Shown: piece by piece, positions 9,463-22,317 of the stretch
How the letters are laid out: the number at the start of each line of letters is the position of its first letter
Position numbering within the stretch: the first letter of the stretch is position 1
Assembly: GCA_963816185.1 (NCBI GenBank)
Contig: CAWFJJ010000030.1
Coordinates: forward strand, 480,001 to 544,000
Source: Thermoanaerobaculia bacterium
GTDB lineage: Bacteria > Acidobacteriota > Thermoanaerobaculia > UBA5066
Direction of reading: 5' to 3'
DNA length: 64,000 nt
Translations under genes and position numbers: made by a program
The notes under the pieces: model-generated
Databases searched by the model: none
What the model was told of the DNA's origin: nothing
The model's input: only the letters and a program-made list of their open reading frames with translations

Positions 9463-10797
9463 TCACCGAAACGTCCCGGGGCTGAACTCGTAAATATCTC
9501 CAGAGGAAGCATTTACGAAGAGAGGAGTCTGGATGGAGCGCCTGCCGATCAGGCGTCCGCGCAAGGTGACGAAACCCCCGGCCCGGCCGACCTGAACGCC
9601 GAGCCGCTTGAGATCTGCGGGGTCCCTCAGGGACTCGTTGGCTCTCGTTTCAAGGATGCGTTCGACGGCACGGGGACCGAGGCCGGGTACCCGCCGGAGC
9701 TCCTCGCGGCTGGCCGTCGTGAGCTCGACGGGAAACCGACCCGGATTCGCCAGCGCCCACGTGAGCTTCGGATCGTGGTCGAGCGGGAGCTGGCCGTCCT
9801 GGCCGTACACGAGCTCCTCCGCGGAGAAACCGTATTCGCGTATCAGGTGATCCGCCTGATAGAGCCGCCGCTCACGGAGCGGGGGCGTTTCAGGGACATT
9901 CTCCAAAGGCGTGTTACGGATCGGACGGAAGGCCGCGAACTGCGGATGATGGATCAGGCGCTTCTTCTCGAGCCCTTCCGCGAACGACAGCAGCTCGCGA
10001 TCCGACTCCTTTCCGAGCCCCACGACGAACTGCGTCGTGGCCCCGGCTCTCATGCCGCCAGGCGGAAGGAGAGAGAGAGAAGCCGGAAGAGGCGCGGGGG
10101 CCTGGCGAGCCGACGCACGCCGCGCCTCGCGCACCGCAAGCGCCGCATCCCGCGCCGTCTCGAGAAGCGAAAGGCCGCTCCTCACGCTCTTGCCGGGAGC
10201 GTGCTCGTCGAGCGCGCGCTGGCAAGGCGCCTCGAGGTTGTAAGAGACGCGGTCCACGAGGCGTACGAGGCGTTCGATCTGTCCCGGCTCCGCGCCGGCG
10301 AGAGCCTTCGCGTGGAGATAGCCGCGGTAGCCGTGCGTGAAGCGGAGGCTCTCGACGAGCTGAAGCATCCTCTCCATCGCAAAGACCGAATCCTTCGGAA
10401 TGCCGCTCGTCACGAAAAGGCCGTCGCACCATCCACGGCGGAAGGCGGTCATGAAAAGGCGCGCGAGGCTGGCGGGCTCGAGCGCGTGACGGGGCAGGTC
10501 TCGCTCGGCGCGCATAGGGCAGTAGTCGCAAGAGAAGCGGCACGCGTTCGTCAGAAGGATGCGGAAGATGCGGCGATTTCCGACCCCGGGCACGATGAGA
10601 TCCCTGATGTTGATCGCATCCAGCGCGCTGCGGCGTGCAGGGCTGCGAACGGGACGCCTCGCGCGCGAGAGGGATTCCTCCCTTGCGCCTCCTCCTCGTT
10701 CGCCGCCCGCTCCTCTCGCCTCGCGGTCGTCTCGCGCCTCGGCCATCAGCACCCGGACCTGCTCCTCGATTTCCACGGCCCTCTTGATCGCAACCAT
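9463..10797 (-). CDS. Putative DNA modification/repair radical SAM protein with C-terminal HhH (TIGR03916-like)
   Basis: LLTNACRFSCDYC, GLFVTSG, GYLHAK, DRVSYNLE, TTQFVVG, RERRLYQADHLIREYGF, ELRRVPGLG. Confidence 0.9.
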   Translation of the reverse strand: MVAIKRAVEIEEQVRVLMAEARDDREARGAGGERGGGAREESLSRARRPVRSPARRSALDAINIRDLIVPGVGNRRIFRILLTNACRFSCDYCPMRAERDLPRHALEPASLARLFMTAFRRGWCDGLFVTSGIPKDSVFAMERMLQLVESLRFTHGYRGYLHAKALAGAEPGQIERLVRLVDRVSYNLEAPCQRALDEHAPGKSVRSGLSLLETARDAALAVREARRASARQAPAPLPASLSLLPPGGMRAGATTQFVVGLGKESDRELLSFAEGLEKKRLIHHPQFAAFRPIRNTPLENVPETPPLRERRLYQADHLIREYGFSAEELVYGQDGQLPLDHDPKLTWALANPGRFPVELTTASREELRRVPGLGPRAVERILETRANESLRDPADLKRLGVQVGRAGGFVTLRGRLIGRRSIQTPLFVNASSGDIYEFSPGTFR

Positions 10798-10817
10798 CGA
10801 TTCACCCCACTCAGCGC

Positions 10818-10846
10818 AAGTTAGGCGTAAGTAGAGCGAAAGTCAA
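10818..10846 (-). promoter_or_regulatory. sigma70 promoter of the radical SAM gene with a direct repeat in the spacer
   Basis: Minus strand TTGACT-17 nt-TAACTT; spacer TTCGCTCTACTTACGCC contains T(T/A)CGC twice, 11 nt apart. Confidence 0.6.
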
Positions 10847-10876
10847 GTCCAGCGCTAAAAAAAGGGTCTTGTCGCC

Positions 10877-11998
10877 TCAGGCCACGGGCCGCGCGATGAC
10901 GCCGCCGCCGAGGACGACTTCCGGCCGGACGACGTCGTAGAACACGGCCGACTGGCCGGGGGCAGCGGCACGCACCGGTTCCTCGAATTCCAGCCGTCCG
11001 CGGCCTTCCTCCTCGAGCGTGAGGCGGGCGGCCTGCTCGGCGTGGCGCGAGCGGATTCGGGCGAGCACGGGCACGGGCGACCTTACGCCTCCAGTCATGC
11101 GCACACTCACGCTTTCCAGGAAGACTTTCTTGGAAAGGAGAGAGGGGGCCGGCCCCACGACGACACGCGACTCTTCGGGAGAGGTCGAAATTACGTAGAG
11201 CGGCTCTTTCGAGGCGACGCGAAGTCCCCTTCTCTGTCCGATCGTGTAACCGAAGGTTCCCTCGTGCGCTCCGAGTCTCTCTCCACCTTCTAAGAGAATC
11301 TCCCCCGCCCGTGCCCCGCCGATTGCCGGAAGGTCGAGGCCGAGCCGTGGAGCCTCCTTCCGGATGAAGTCCGCCGGCGTCGACCCGGTCGGCACGAAAC
11401 AGATCTCCTGCGAGTCGGGCTTGTCCCAGTTCGGCAACCCTGCCTCGCGAGCGATCTCGCGCACCTCGGGCTTCGTCAGCTCGCCGAGCGGGAATCGTGC
11501 GAGGGCGAGCTGCTCTTCCGTGAGGTCGTAGAGGAAGTAAGACTGGTCGCGCGAGCGGTCGCGGGCTCTGAGGAGGCGCGGCGCGCCCGTGGACTCGTCG
11601 GCCCCGATACGCGCGTAGTGCCCCGTCGCGACGGCCTCGCAGCCGAGCGCCGCAGCGTTCTGGAGCAGCGTCTTGAACTTCACCTCGGTGTTGCACACCG
11701 TGCACGGGATGGGCGTCCTTCCCTCGAGATAGTCCGCGATGAACGGCTTCACGACCGCCTCGGTGAAACGCTGCTCAAGGTTCAGGACGAAGTGCGGCAC
11801 GCCGATCGCCGCCGCCGCGCGCCGCGCCACCGAGAGGTCGTCGAGCGTGCAGCAGCGGCCGGCGTCCGCCCCGGACCCGTCGCGGTCGTGGTTCCAGAGG
11901 TGCATCGACAGCCCCACCACGTCCGCGCCTTCGCGCTTGAGGAGGAGGGCCGCGACCGACGAGTCCACGCCCCCTGACATCGCGACCGCGATTCGCAT
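10877..11998 (-). CDS. mnmA: tRNA-specific 2-thiouridylase
   Basis: [58 protein letters not shown]. Confidence 0.96.
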   Translation of the reverse strand: MRIAVAMSGGVDSSVAALLLKREGADVVGLSMHLWNHDRDGSGADAGRCCTLDDLSVARRAAAAIGVPHFVLNLEQRFTEAVVKPFIADYLEGRTPIPCTVCNTEVKFKTLLQNAAALGCEAVATGHYARIGADESTGAPRLLRARDRSRDQSYFLYDLTEEQLALARFPLGELTKPEVREIAREAGLPNWDKPDSQEICFVPTGSTPADFIRKEAPRLGLDLPAIGGARAGEILLEGGERLGAHEGTFGYTIGQRRGLRVASKEPLYVISTSPEESRVVVGPAPSLLSKKVFLESVSVRMTGGVRSPVPVLARIRSRHAEQAARLTLEEEGRGRLEFEEPVRAAAPGQSAVFYDVVRPEVVLGGGVIARPVA

Positions 11999-12031
11999 CG
12001 AGGGGATTCTACGAGCGAGAGGGCGAGGACG

Positions 12032-13300
12032 TCAGTTAGAGGAGAAGAGAAGGGGAAGGGGTTTTACGTCCGGCGGGTAGGGGGACGCCAACTCGCGGCT
12101 GAAGGCAATCGACATTCGGGCACTGTCGGGCGAAGCCTCGTAGCGCCAGGACGCGCCCGGAAAGCGTGACGTCTCGATTCCGGGAATGGCGGCGGGCCAG
12201 CGCCCGCCGTTCTCCCTTCGAAGGCGCTTCGCCTCGAGGATCTTCGACGTCAGCTCGGCGTCGACGACGAGTCGGTCGGCGCGAAGGGAGGGGTTGCGGG
12301 TGTAGACATATTTGGGGGCTGGAGGCTCCGGGAAGTGATCTGAGAGAGGAGCATCTCGGAGGTGTGAGAGCTCGTCACGCATCAGGTCGGAGTACTCGAC
12401 GTTCGCGACACGATGCGCTGGCTCTTCGAGGACCTGCCACGCCCGTCTTAACCACGAGGCTTCCCCATGTTCTTCCAAGACGTATCTCCACCACGTTCTC
12501 GCGAACTTCGGCCGAACGCCGAGGGCATCCGCGTCCAGAAATGCGGTCCGGCCATCGAGTGTTTCCAGTCGCTTTCCCCAGACACTCTCTTCGACATTCA
12601 CCTTTCTGAGGATTCCGACCTGGAAACGGGCGATGGCGATCGAGAGCAGCGCCGGGATGATTTCAGGACGCTTTCGAAGCGACTCGTTGAGATTCCACGA
12701 AGCCTCGAGAGTGCGCGCAGCGGCCTCGTCGTGGCCACCTTGTGCAGCGGCGAGCGCCCGTGCCGTCAGAATTCTTTGAAGGCGAATCTGCCTGAGGACG
12801 TTCGGCTTCCGGCGATCACCCTCTGGAACGGAAAGATCGAGCGCCCATTCGGGTGGCGGTCCCGCAATGAGAACCGACTCGATTGCATCGACCGCGACGC
12901 GTCTTTCTTCCAGGAAGCGGATGGCCTCCTCGGGCGGCGGATCGATCGACGCCTCGGGCTTCGCGATCTGAGCCAAGAGATAGTCGACCGTGCCCTGGCT
13001 TCGCTTCCATTCGGTGGACCGGCGCATTTCTTCCGGCTCAATGGATCCGACAACTGGCGTCAGGTCGAAGACGGTCCCCCGCGTGAGCTCCTCCAGCTTC
13101 TTCGCGGTCTCGTTCGTCTCGTGCTTCGGATATTTCTTCTTCAGGTCGTCGAGACTGCCGAACGTCGCGGTCCAGGCGCGGTCGCACTGCTCTTCCCTGC
13201 GCGCCGCCCAGGCGTTTCCGCCGACGATCCACAGGACCGCCAGCAGAACCAGTGCCGCGAGAGAAAAGACGACAACGCGACGGAGCTTCATGCCTTTCAT
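12032..13300 (-). CDS. Hypothetical membrane-anchored helical protein (paralog B)
   Basis: ATG 13300 overlaps the upstream stop (ATGA); N-terminal TM; aligns by eye with 13297..14430. Confidence 0.65.
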   Translation of the reverse strand: MKGMKLRRVVVFSLAALVLLAVLWIVGGNAWAARREEQCDRAWTATFGSLDDLKKKYPKHETNETAKKLEELTRGTVFDLTPVVGSIEPEEMRRSTEWKRSQGTVDYLLAQIAKPEASIDPPPEEAIRFLEERRVAVDAIESVLIAGPPPEWALDLSVPEGDRRKPNVLRQIRLQRILTARALAAAQGGHDEAAARTLEASWNLNESLRKRPEIIPALLSIAIARFQVGILRKVNVEESVWGKRLETLDGRTAFLDADALGVRPKFARTWWRYVLEEHGEASWLRRAWQVLEEPAHRVANVEYSDLMRDELSHLRDAPLSDHFPEPPAPKYVYTRNPSLRADRLVVDAELTSKILEAKRLRRENGGRWPAAIPGIETSRFPGASWRYEASPDSARMSIAFSRELASPYPPDVKPLPLLFSSN

Positions 13301-14430
13301 TTCTCCAAGGGCTTCTTCTCCCTCGCTGCCAGAACCTCGTCCGTCTTTCGGATCTCGAGGACCGCGATGTTCGCGCGGCGCCAGGACTCGATGAGATTCG
13401 GGACTGCAGGCTTCTGCTTGACGCCGTTCTCCGCGAGGGCCTTCTGGAAGGTCTCGCCGAGAAAGCGCGGCTCGGCGTCCGAGACCGGGCTCTTGGCGGC
13501 GGCGTCGATCGTGGCCCGCCACGCGTCGAGATATCCGGCGGCCTCGATCCGCTCGCGCCAGGCGCCGACGAGCGCCGAGAGCCGTTTGGAGAGCGGGCCC
13601 GCGCTGACCTTCGCTTTGCGAAGATCTCTCGCCACCTCGTAATCGAGCCACGCGCCACGGCGTAGGGCCATGAGCAGGCTCCCGCGCGGGTCGAGCCTCT
13701 TCAGGCGCTCGCGCCAGGCGGCGGAATCGACCGGGATCCGCCGGACGGCGCCGAGCTCGAGGCGCGTCGCGGCGATCGAGACCATCTGGCTCGCGACCTC
13801 GGGACGGCCGCGCAGGGCGCCCGTGAGCGCGAACGCGGCGCGAAGAGAGTCGTCCGCGCGTTTGTCCTTCGCCGCCGCTCTCGCCTCGGCTCGTCCGACG
13901 AGGACCCGCGCGAGCTGCATGTGTCCGAGGACGTTCGGTTCCGGCGCGGCAAAGAGCTTCCCGAGATCCACGGCCCAGTCCGGGGCGGGGCCCGCGAGAA
14001 GGCTCTTCTCGATCGCGTCGAGATCAGCGGCGTGCGAAGCGAAATACGCCGTCACTGCCGCGGGCGGGGCATCCGGCAGGCCCTCGGCTTTGGCGGCCTC
14101 GTGGTCCACCCATTTCTCGAGCGGCACGCGGACCTCGTCCTCCGCCGTCTTCTTCGGGCGGCCCGGCTCGTCCTCCACGGGCAGCTCGCTCCGCGGGCGA
14201 AGCTCGATGCCGAGACTCCGGGCGTTCTCCTCGAGGGCGCGCGCCGCCGCGTTCGTGGGGTGCGCCGGGAACTTCGCCGTGATCTCCGCGAGCGGGCCGA
14301 ACGCCTGGGCCCAGGCGGCCTCCGCGGCCCGCTCGCGTTGCGCGGCCCGGAGCGTGCCCACGCCGAACCAGACGATCGCGGCACCCGCGAGGGCGAGAAC
14401 GAGAAAACCGATCGCTCGTAGGGTGCGCAT
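13297..14430 (-). CDS. Hypothetical membrane-anchored helical protein (paralog A)
   Basis: N-terminal TM; shares W...FG....K.P...N..A..LEE, AIE..L.AGP.P.WA.DL and PNVL....L.R.L..RA with paralog B. Confidence 0.7.
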   Translation of the reverse strand: MRTLRAIGFLVLALAGAAIVWFGVGTLRAAQRERAAEAAWAQAFGPLAEITAKFPAHPTNAAARALEENARSLGIELRPRSELPVEDEPGRPKKTAEDEVRVPLEKWVDHEAAKAEGLPDAPPAAVTAYFASHAADLDAIEKSLLAGPAPDWAVDLGKLFAAPEPNVLGHMQLARVLVGRAEARAAAKDKRADDSLRAAFALTGALRGRPEVASQMVSIAATRLELGAVRRIPVDSAAWRERLKRLDPRGSLLMALRRGAWLDYEVARDLRKAKVSAGPLSKRLSALVGAWRERIEAAGYLDAWRATIDAAAKSPVSDAEPRFLGETFQKALAENGVKQKPAVPNLIESWRRANIAVLEIRKTDEVLAAREKKPLEK

Positions 14431-14478
14431 TCAGATCCTCCAGGGCCGGCCCCGCATGATACGGGGCAGAATGCGCCC

Positions 14479-14772
14479 ATGAAGCGCCCCGCGAAACTCG
14501 CCGCCGCCGCTGCGGACGCGCGCCTTTCCGGCCTTCCCGGCTGGACGCGCGAGGGAGAAACACTTCACAGGACGTTCACGTTTCGCGACTTCTCCGAAGC
14601 GTTCGGTTTCATGGCGCGCGTCGCGCTCGTGGCCGAGAAGATGGACCACCATCCGGATTGGGCGAACGTCTGGAACCGCGTCACGGTCGATCTGACGACG
14701 CACGACGCCGGCGGCCTCACGGAGCTCGACTTCCGCCTCGCGGCGGAAATGAACCGCCTCGCGGACGAATAG
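14479..14772 (+). CDS. phhB: Pterin-4-alpha-carbinolamine dehydratase
   Basis: [37 protein letters not shown]. Confidence 0.93.
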   Translation: MKRPAKLAAAAADARLSGLPGWTREGETLHRTFTFRDFSEAFGFMARVALVAEKMDHHPDWANVWNRVTVDLTTHDAGGLTELDFRLAAEMNRLADE

Positions 14773-14775
14773 ACA

Positions 14776-14914
14776 GGGAAGGATTTTTTGCTGATATTCG
14801 GGGCTGCAGATGCAGCCCCGATATTAGAAATCTCTTTCCCGGATATCCGGAGTCAAGGGCGCGCGTCGCGCGCCGCGTAGCGGTCGAAGACCCTTGACAC
14901 CGGACATCCGGGAA
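14776..14914. repeat. Two adjacent inverted-repeat structures
   Basis: Hairpin 14776-14840 with perfect core CGGGGCTGCA-ga-TGCAGCCCCG; 24-bp IR 14836-14859 / 14891-14914 with 22/24 matches. Confidence 0.85.
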
Positions 14915-15124
14915 GTATCCGAACCGCCGGATATGAGAAGAATCTCCGGCGCATTCCCTCAAGGTGTCGATTAATCAACAACAACCAGGGGTCGTGGCTC
15001 TTGCCTTGCCCCGGCAACTCCCCCGCCTAAATCACCTTCTAAGAAATACTTCCTTGCTCTCTGAACAAAAGTCCACATCCACTGGCACGGCACGTGAAGA
15101 GCGCGGGCGGGAGATCTGGCCGCC

Positions 15125-15391
15125 ATGTCCCAGAAATGCGTGGAATTGATATTCGGGAGACTCGCGACGGACGAGGAGCTTCGCCGGGAATTTCGCCGGG
15201 ACCCCCTGGGGACGCTCGGCAAGCTGGCCGCTTGCGGCGTCGAGCTGACGAAGGCCGAGCGCGACGCGCTCCTCGCGACGAAGAGCGCCCTGTTCGAGCG
15301 CCTCGCCGAGACGATCGATCCCCGCCTCCAGAAGGCCAGCCTCCGTTCGAGCGCGGAGCTGCGCCCCGACGACGAAAGGAGGCCTTCGTGA
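15125..15391 (+). CDS. Small Os1348-family (NHLP-clan, nitrile-hydratase-leader-like) protein
   Basis: MSQKCVELIFGRLATDEELRREFRRDP...GVELTKAERDAL pattern; GGGAG SD; stop overlaps the TolC start (GTGA). Confidence 0.75.
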   Translation: MSQKCVELIFGRLATDEELRREFRRDPLGTLGKLAACGVELTKAERDALLATKSALFERLAETIDPRLQKASLRSSAELRPDDERRPS

Positions 15392-17019
15392 TCGGCAAGG
15401 CCCTCACCCTCGCTCTGCTCTTCCTCGCGTTCCCGCTTCCCGCCCAGGAGCCGCCTGCTCCCAACGTGCCTGCCCCCGCGGCTCCGGCCGGCGTGCCGCT
15501 CACGCTCGGCGACGCGACGGCGCGCGCGCTTGCGAACAACAACGTCATCGCCATCGAGCGCGAGTCGTTCCACATCGTGGACGCATCGCTCCTCAGGACG
15601 GACGCACCCTACGACCCCGCGTTCCGGCTGGACGCGCAGTACCGCAACCACACGGACCCCGTGAACTCCCTGCTTTCGGGCGCGCCGCCCGGCGAACTGG
15701 CGCCGACCAGCGAGGGTTACGCGGGAACCGCCTCCCTCGGCGTTCTCCTGCCCACGGGAGGCTCGGTGAGCCTCTCGGCATCGGCCGCGCGAGACCGCAC
15801 GAACGCCTTCTTCGCCCTGCTTTCGCCCGCATACAGCTCTTCGTTGGGCATCGACGTGCGCCAGCCGCTCCTTCAGAACCTCTCGGTCGATCCGGCCCGC
15901 CGCGCGATCCAGATCGCCCGCCTCGACAAGGAGCGCAGCGTCGCCTCTCTGAAGCGCACGGTCGCGGACACCGTCGCGAATGTGGAGCGGGCGTACTGGA
16001 CCCTCGTCGCGGCGCGCCGCGACGTCCAGGCGCGAGCCGCGAGCGTGGGCCTCGCCGCGGAACAGCGGGACGACACGAAGTCGAAGATCGAAGTCGGCAC
16101 CCTTCCGGAGACCGACATCGCGCAGCCTCTCGCCGAGCTCGAGCGGCGGAAGGGCGACCTGTACGCCTCCGAGGAGCAGATGCGCCGCGCCGAGCTCGCT
16201 CTCAAGCTCCTTCTCCTGAAGGACAGCGACGATCCTCTGTGGAACGAGACGATCGAGCCGGTCGACGCGCCCGAGACGGCCATCGTCCAGGTGGACCTCG
16301 CCGAGGCGATCCGCCGGGCCGAGAACAACCGGCCCGAGCTCGCCGAAGCAAAGTCCGTGCTCGCCGAGCGCGACGTGGATGTCGGCTTCGCGAGGGACCG
16401 CCTGAAGCCGCAGCTTGACCTCGTCGCGGGCTACGCGCGCCGCGGCCTCGCGGGCGGCCTCAACCCGACCGCCCCCGAAGCGGGGGCCCTCCTCGGCGTG
16501 CCGATCGCCGTGCCGGACGCGCTGTCCGGCGGATTCGGGCGTTCGTTCGGCACGATCAGCGAGGGCCGCTTTCCCGACGCGTCGGTCGGGCTCTCCCTGT
16601 CTGTACCCGTCTTCAACACAGGCGCGAAGGGGGATGTCGCGATCGCGAAGGCGCAGCGAAGCCAGGCCGAGATCCTCGTCGCACAGCAGCGGCAGAGCGT
16701 CGCGGTCGAGGTGCGCAACGCGGTCCTCACGCTCGACACGGCCGCCCAGCGCATCGACGCGGCGAAGGCCGGACGCGCCGCGGCGGAGACGCAGCTCGGC
16801 GCCGAGAAGGAACGCTACGGTGTCGGGCTCTCGACGAACTTCTTCGTCCTCACGCGCCAGAACGATCTCTCCCAGGCCATCCTTACCGAGACGGCCGCTC
16901 TAACCGACTACCGCAAAGCCTTGACCGACTTCGCGCGCGCGTCCGGCACTCTTCTCGACGAGCGGCGCATCGAGATCCGGGACGACGCACCGGCCGTGAA
17001 GGCCGAAGGGGGAAAGTGA
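15388..17019 (+). CDS. TolC family outer membrane efflux protein
   Basis: Signal peptide, RQPLLQN, NRPEL, PQLDLVAGY, GLSTNFFVL. Confidence 0.9.
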   Translation: MIGKALTLALLFLAFPLPAQEPPAPNVPAPAAPAGVPLTLGDATARALANNNVIAIERESFHIVDASLLRTDAPYDPAFRLDAQYRNHTDPVNSLLSGAPPGELAPTSEGYAGTASLGVLLPTGGSVSLSASAARDRTNAFFALLSPAYSSSLGIDVRQPLLQNLSVDPARRAIQIARLDKERSVASLKRTVADTVANVERAYWTLVAARRDVQARAASVGLAAEQRDDTKSKIEVGTLPETDIAQPLAELERRKGDLYASEEQMRRAELALKLLLLKDSDDPLWNETIEPVDAPETAIVQVDLAEAIRRAENNRPELAEAKSVLAERDVDVGFARDRLKPQLDLVAGYARRGLAGGLNPTAPEAGALLGVPIAVPDALSGGFGRSFGTISEGRFPDASVGLSLSVPVFNTGAKGDVAIAKAQRSQAEILVAQQRQSVAVEVRNAVLTLDTAAQRIDAAKAGRAAAETQLGAEKERYGVGLSTNFFVLTRQNDLSQAILTETAALTDYRKALTDFARASGTLLDERRIEIRDDAPAVKAEGGK

Positions 17020-18071
17020 ACGCGACCCGACCGAGGCTCACCGCTTTTTTCGCGGCCGCGCTGGCTGCGCTCGCCGCCTCCGGTTGCTCGCGCGGTGCGG
17101 GTGCGCACGCCGCCGCGGCGGGACCGACGCCGGCGCCCATCCTCGTGAACGGCGCGGCCGTCGAGAGCCGGGTCTTGCCGCGTGTCCTCGAGGTGACGGG
17201 CGCCCTCACCGCGGACGAGGCCGCCGACGTCGCGTCCGAACGCGACGGGCAGGTCGCGAGCGTACGCGTCGAGCGGGGGAGCTACGCCGAGAAAGGCGCC
17301 GTCCTCGCGACGATCGACGACCGCGAGGCGAAAGCGCAGCTCGACCAGGCGCGAGCGAACCTCGCGTGGGCGAAGGCCGAGGTCGAGCGCTACGCCGAGC
17401 TTCGCCGGAGGCAGGTCGTCGCCCGCGCCGAGGACCAGCGCAAGGCGACGGACCTCGACCTCGCCGCCGCGTCCCTCGCGCTCGCCGAAAAAGGCTATAC
17501 CGACTGCACGATTCGCGCGCCGTTCTCGGGCGTCGTCACCGAGAAGAAGATCTCGGCGGGCGCCTACATCAAGAAGGGCTCGGCGATCTGCGGCCTCGTG
17601 AAGATCGATCCTCTCCGGGCCGAGCTGGACATTCCCGAGTCGGCCGTGTCCGCCGTCCAGGTCGGCCAGAAAGCGGCGCTCGCCGCCCAGTCCTTTCCCG
17701 ACCGCACGTTCGACGCGACCGTCCGCTACATCGGCCCGTCTCTGCGCTCGGAAGCTCGTACGCTCGTCGTCGAGGCGATGGTCCCGAATCCCCGGCACAT
17801 CCTGAAGCCCGGCCTCTTCGTGACGGCGCGCGTCTCCCTCCCCAGGAGCGAGGAGACCCTGCTCGTCCCGGCGGCTGCCGTGGTCACGGATTCGGGGGTC
17901 TCGCACGTCTTCGTCCTCGGGCCCTCGCGCGTCGTCGAGCGCATCGTCTCGATCGGGGACCGCCACGGCGACTCCCTCGAGGTGCGATCCGGCGTCGCGG
18001 CGGGAGAACGCGTCGTCGTAGGCCCCGACCGCCGCCTCGTGGACGGCCTCGAGATCCAGCGCGCCGACTGA
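17016..18071 (+). CDS. RND efflux periplasmic adaptor (MFP), lipoprotein
   Basis: Lipobox LAASGC, TIRAPFSGVV, LKPGLFV. Confidence 0.9.
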   Translation: MNATRPRLTAFFAAALAALAASGCSRGAGAHAAAAGPTPAPILVNGAAVESRVLPRVLEVTGALTADEAADVASERDGQVASVRVERGSYAEKGAVLATIDDREAKAQLDQARANLAWAKAEVERYAELRRRQVVARAEDQRKATDLDLAAASLALAEKGYTDCTIRAPFSGVVTEKKISAGAYIKKGSAICGLVKIDPLRAELDIPESAVSAVQVGQKAALAAQSFPDRTFDATVRYIGPSLRSEARTLVVEAMVPNPRHILKPGLFVTARVSLPRSEETLLVPAAAVVTDSGVSHVFVLGPSRVVERIVSIGDRHGDSLEVRSGVAAGERVVVGPDRRLVDGLEIQRAD

Positions 18072-18092
18072 CCGGCAGAAGGAGACCAATCC

Positions 18093-21308
<3,216 letters not shown>

Positions 21309-21321
21309 GCAGGCGGCCCAC

Positions 21322-22317
21322 ATGCGCAAAGCCCCCCGCTCTCTCCCGGCATTCGCGATCGCCGCGCTCGCGACCGCGGCAATCGCCTCCGCCGCCTGCC
21401 GGCAAAAACAGGACCCGAACATCGTCACCCTGAACGGGCGTCTCGAGGCGCCCACCGTGGATCTCGCGCCCAAGGTCGCCGGGCGCGTCGTCGAGGTGAA
21501 GGTCAAGGAAGGAGACCGCGTGAAAGCCGGCGACCTCCTCGTGACGCTCGACCTCGGCGAGACCGCTCTCGCCGTCGAGCGCGACCGCCGCGGGCTGGAA
21601 TCCAGCCAGGCGCGCTACCAGGACCTCGAGGCGGGAAGCCGGACGGCGGAAATCGCGCAAGCTCAAGCTGATCTCGCTGACAAAAAGGCCGCCGTCGAGC
21701 TCGCACGACGAGAGCTGGAGCGCCAGGAAGCCCTCCTTTCCAAGAAAGTAGGAACGCAGCGAGACACGGACACCGCCCGCACGACGATGGAACGGGCGGT
21801 GGCGAGCGAGAAAATGGCCAGTGATCGGTTGCAGCTTCTCCGCGAAGGCACGCGCTCGTGGCAGAAGGAGCAGGCGCGGCGGGACGTCGACCGTGCGCGC
21901 ACGGTCCTCAAGCAGTCCGAGACGACCGCCGGCGAGGCCGAGATCCATGCGCCCGCCGACGGCGTGATCCTCCACCGCATCGCCGAGCCGGGTCTCCTGC
22001 TCTCGCCCTCCCAGCCCGCGCTGACGATGGCGTTCTTGGGACGCCTCTACGTGCGGACGTTCATCCCCGAGACGAAGCTCGGTAAGGTGAGGACCTCGCA
22101 GGCCGCGACCGTCACAGTGGATTCGCTGCCGGGCCAGTCCTTTCCGGCACACGTCACGGAGATCTCCCCGGACGCCGAGTTCACGCCGAAGCCGGTCGAG
22201 ACGCGCGAAGAGCGCGTCAACCAGGTCTACGCCGCGAAGGTGGACCTCGATGCCGGGTGGAATGCGCCTCTCGTCCCGGGGCAGCCCGCGGAAGTGAGCG
22301 TCAAGGTCGGACCGTGA
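21322..22317 (+). CDS. HlyD/YbhG-type membrane fusion protein
   Basis: Lipoprotein signal, VKEGDRVKAGD, AEFTPKPVETREER. Confidence 0.9.
   Translation: MRKAPRSLPAFAIAALATAAIASAACRQKQDPNIVTLNGRLEAPTVDLAPKVAGRVVEVKVKEGDRVKAGDLLVTLDLGETALAVERDRRGLESSQARYQDLEAGSRTAEIAQAQADLADKKAAVELARRELERQEALLSKKVGTQRDTDTARTTMERAVASEKMASDRLQLLREGTRSWQKEQARRDVDRARTVLKQSETTAGEAEIHAPADGVILHRIAEPGLLLSPSQPALTMAFLGRLYVRTFIPETKLGKVRTSQAATVTVDSLPGQSFPAHVTEISPDAEFTPKPVETREERVNQVYAAKVDLDAGWNAPLVPGQPAEVSVKVGP

Noticed and set aside
14933-14974. 13-codon ORF MRRISGAFPQGVD after the TTGACA hexamer
   Set aside because: Too short, no SD or homology evidence, and the matching -10 is weak
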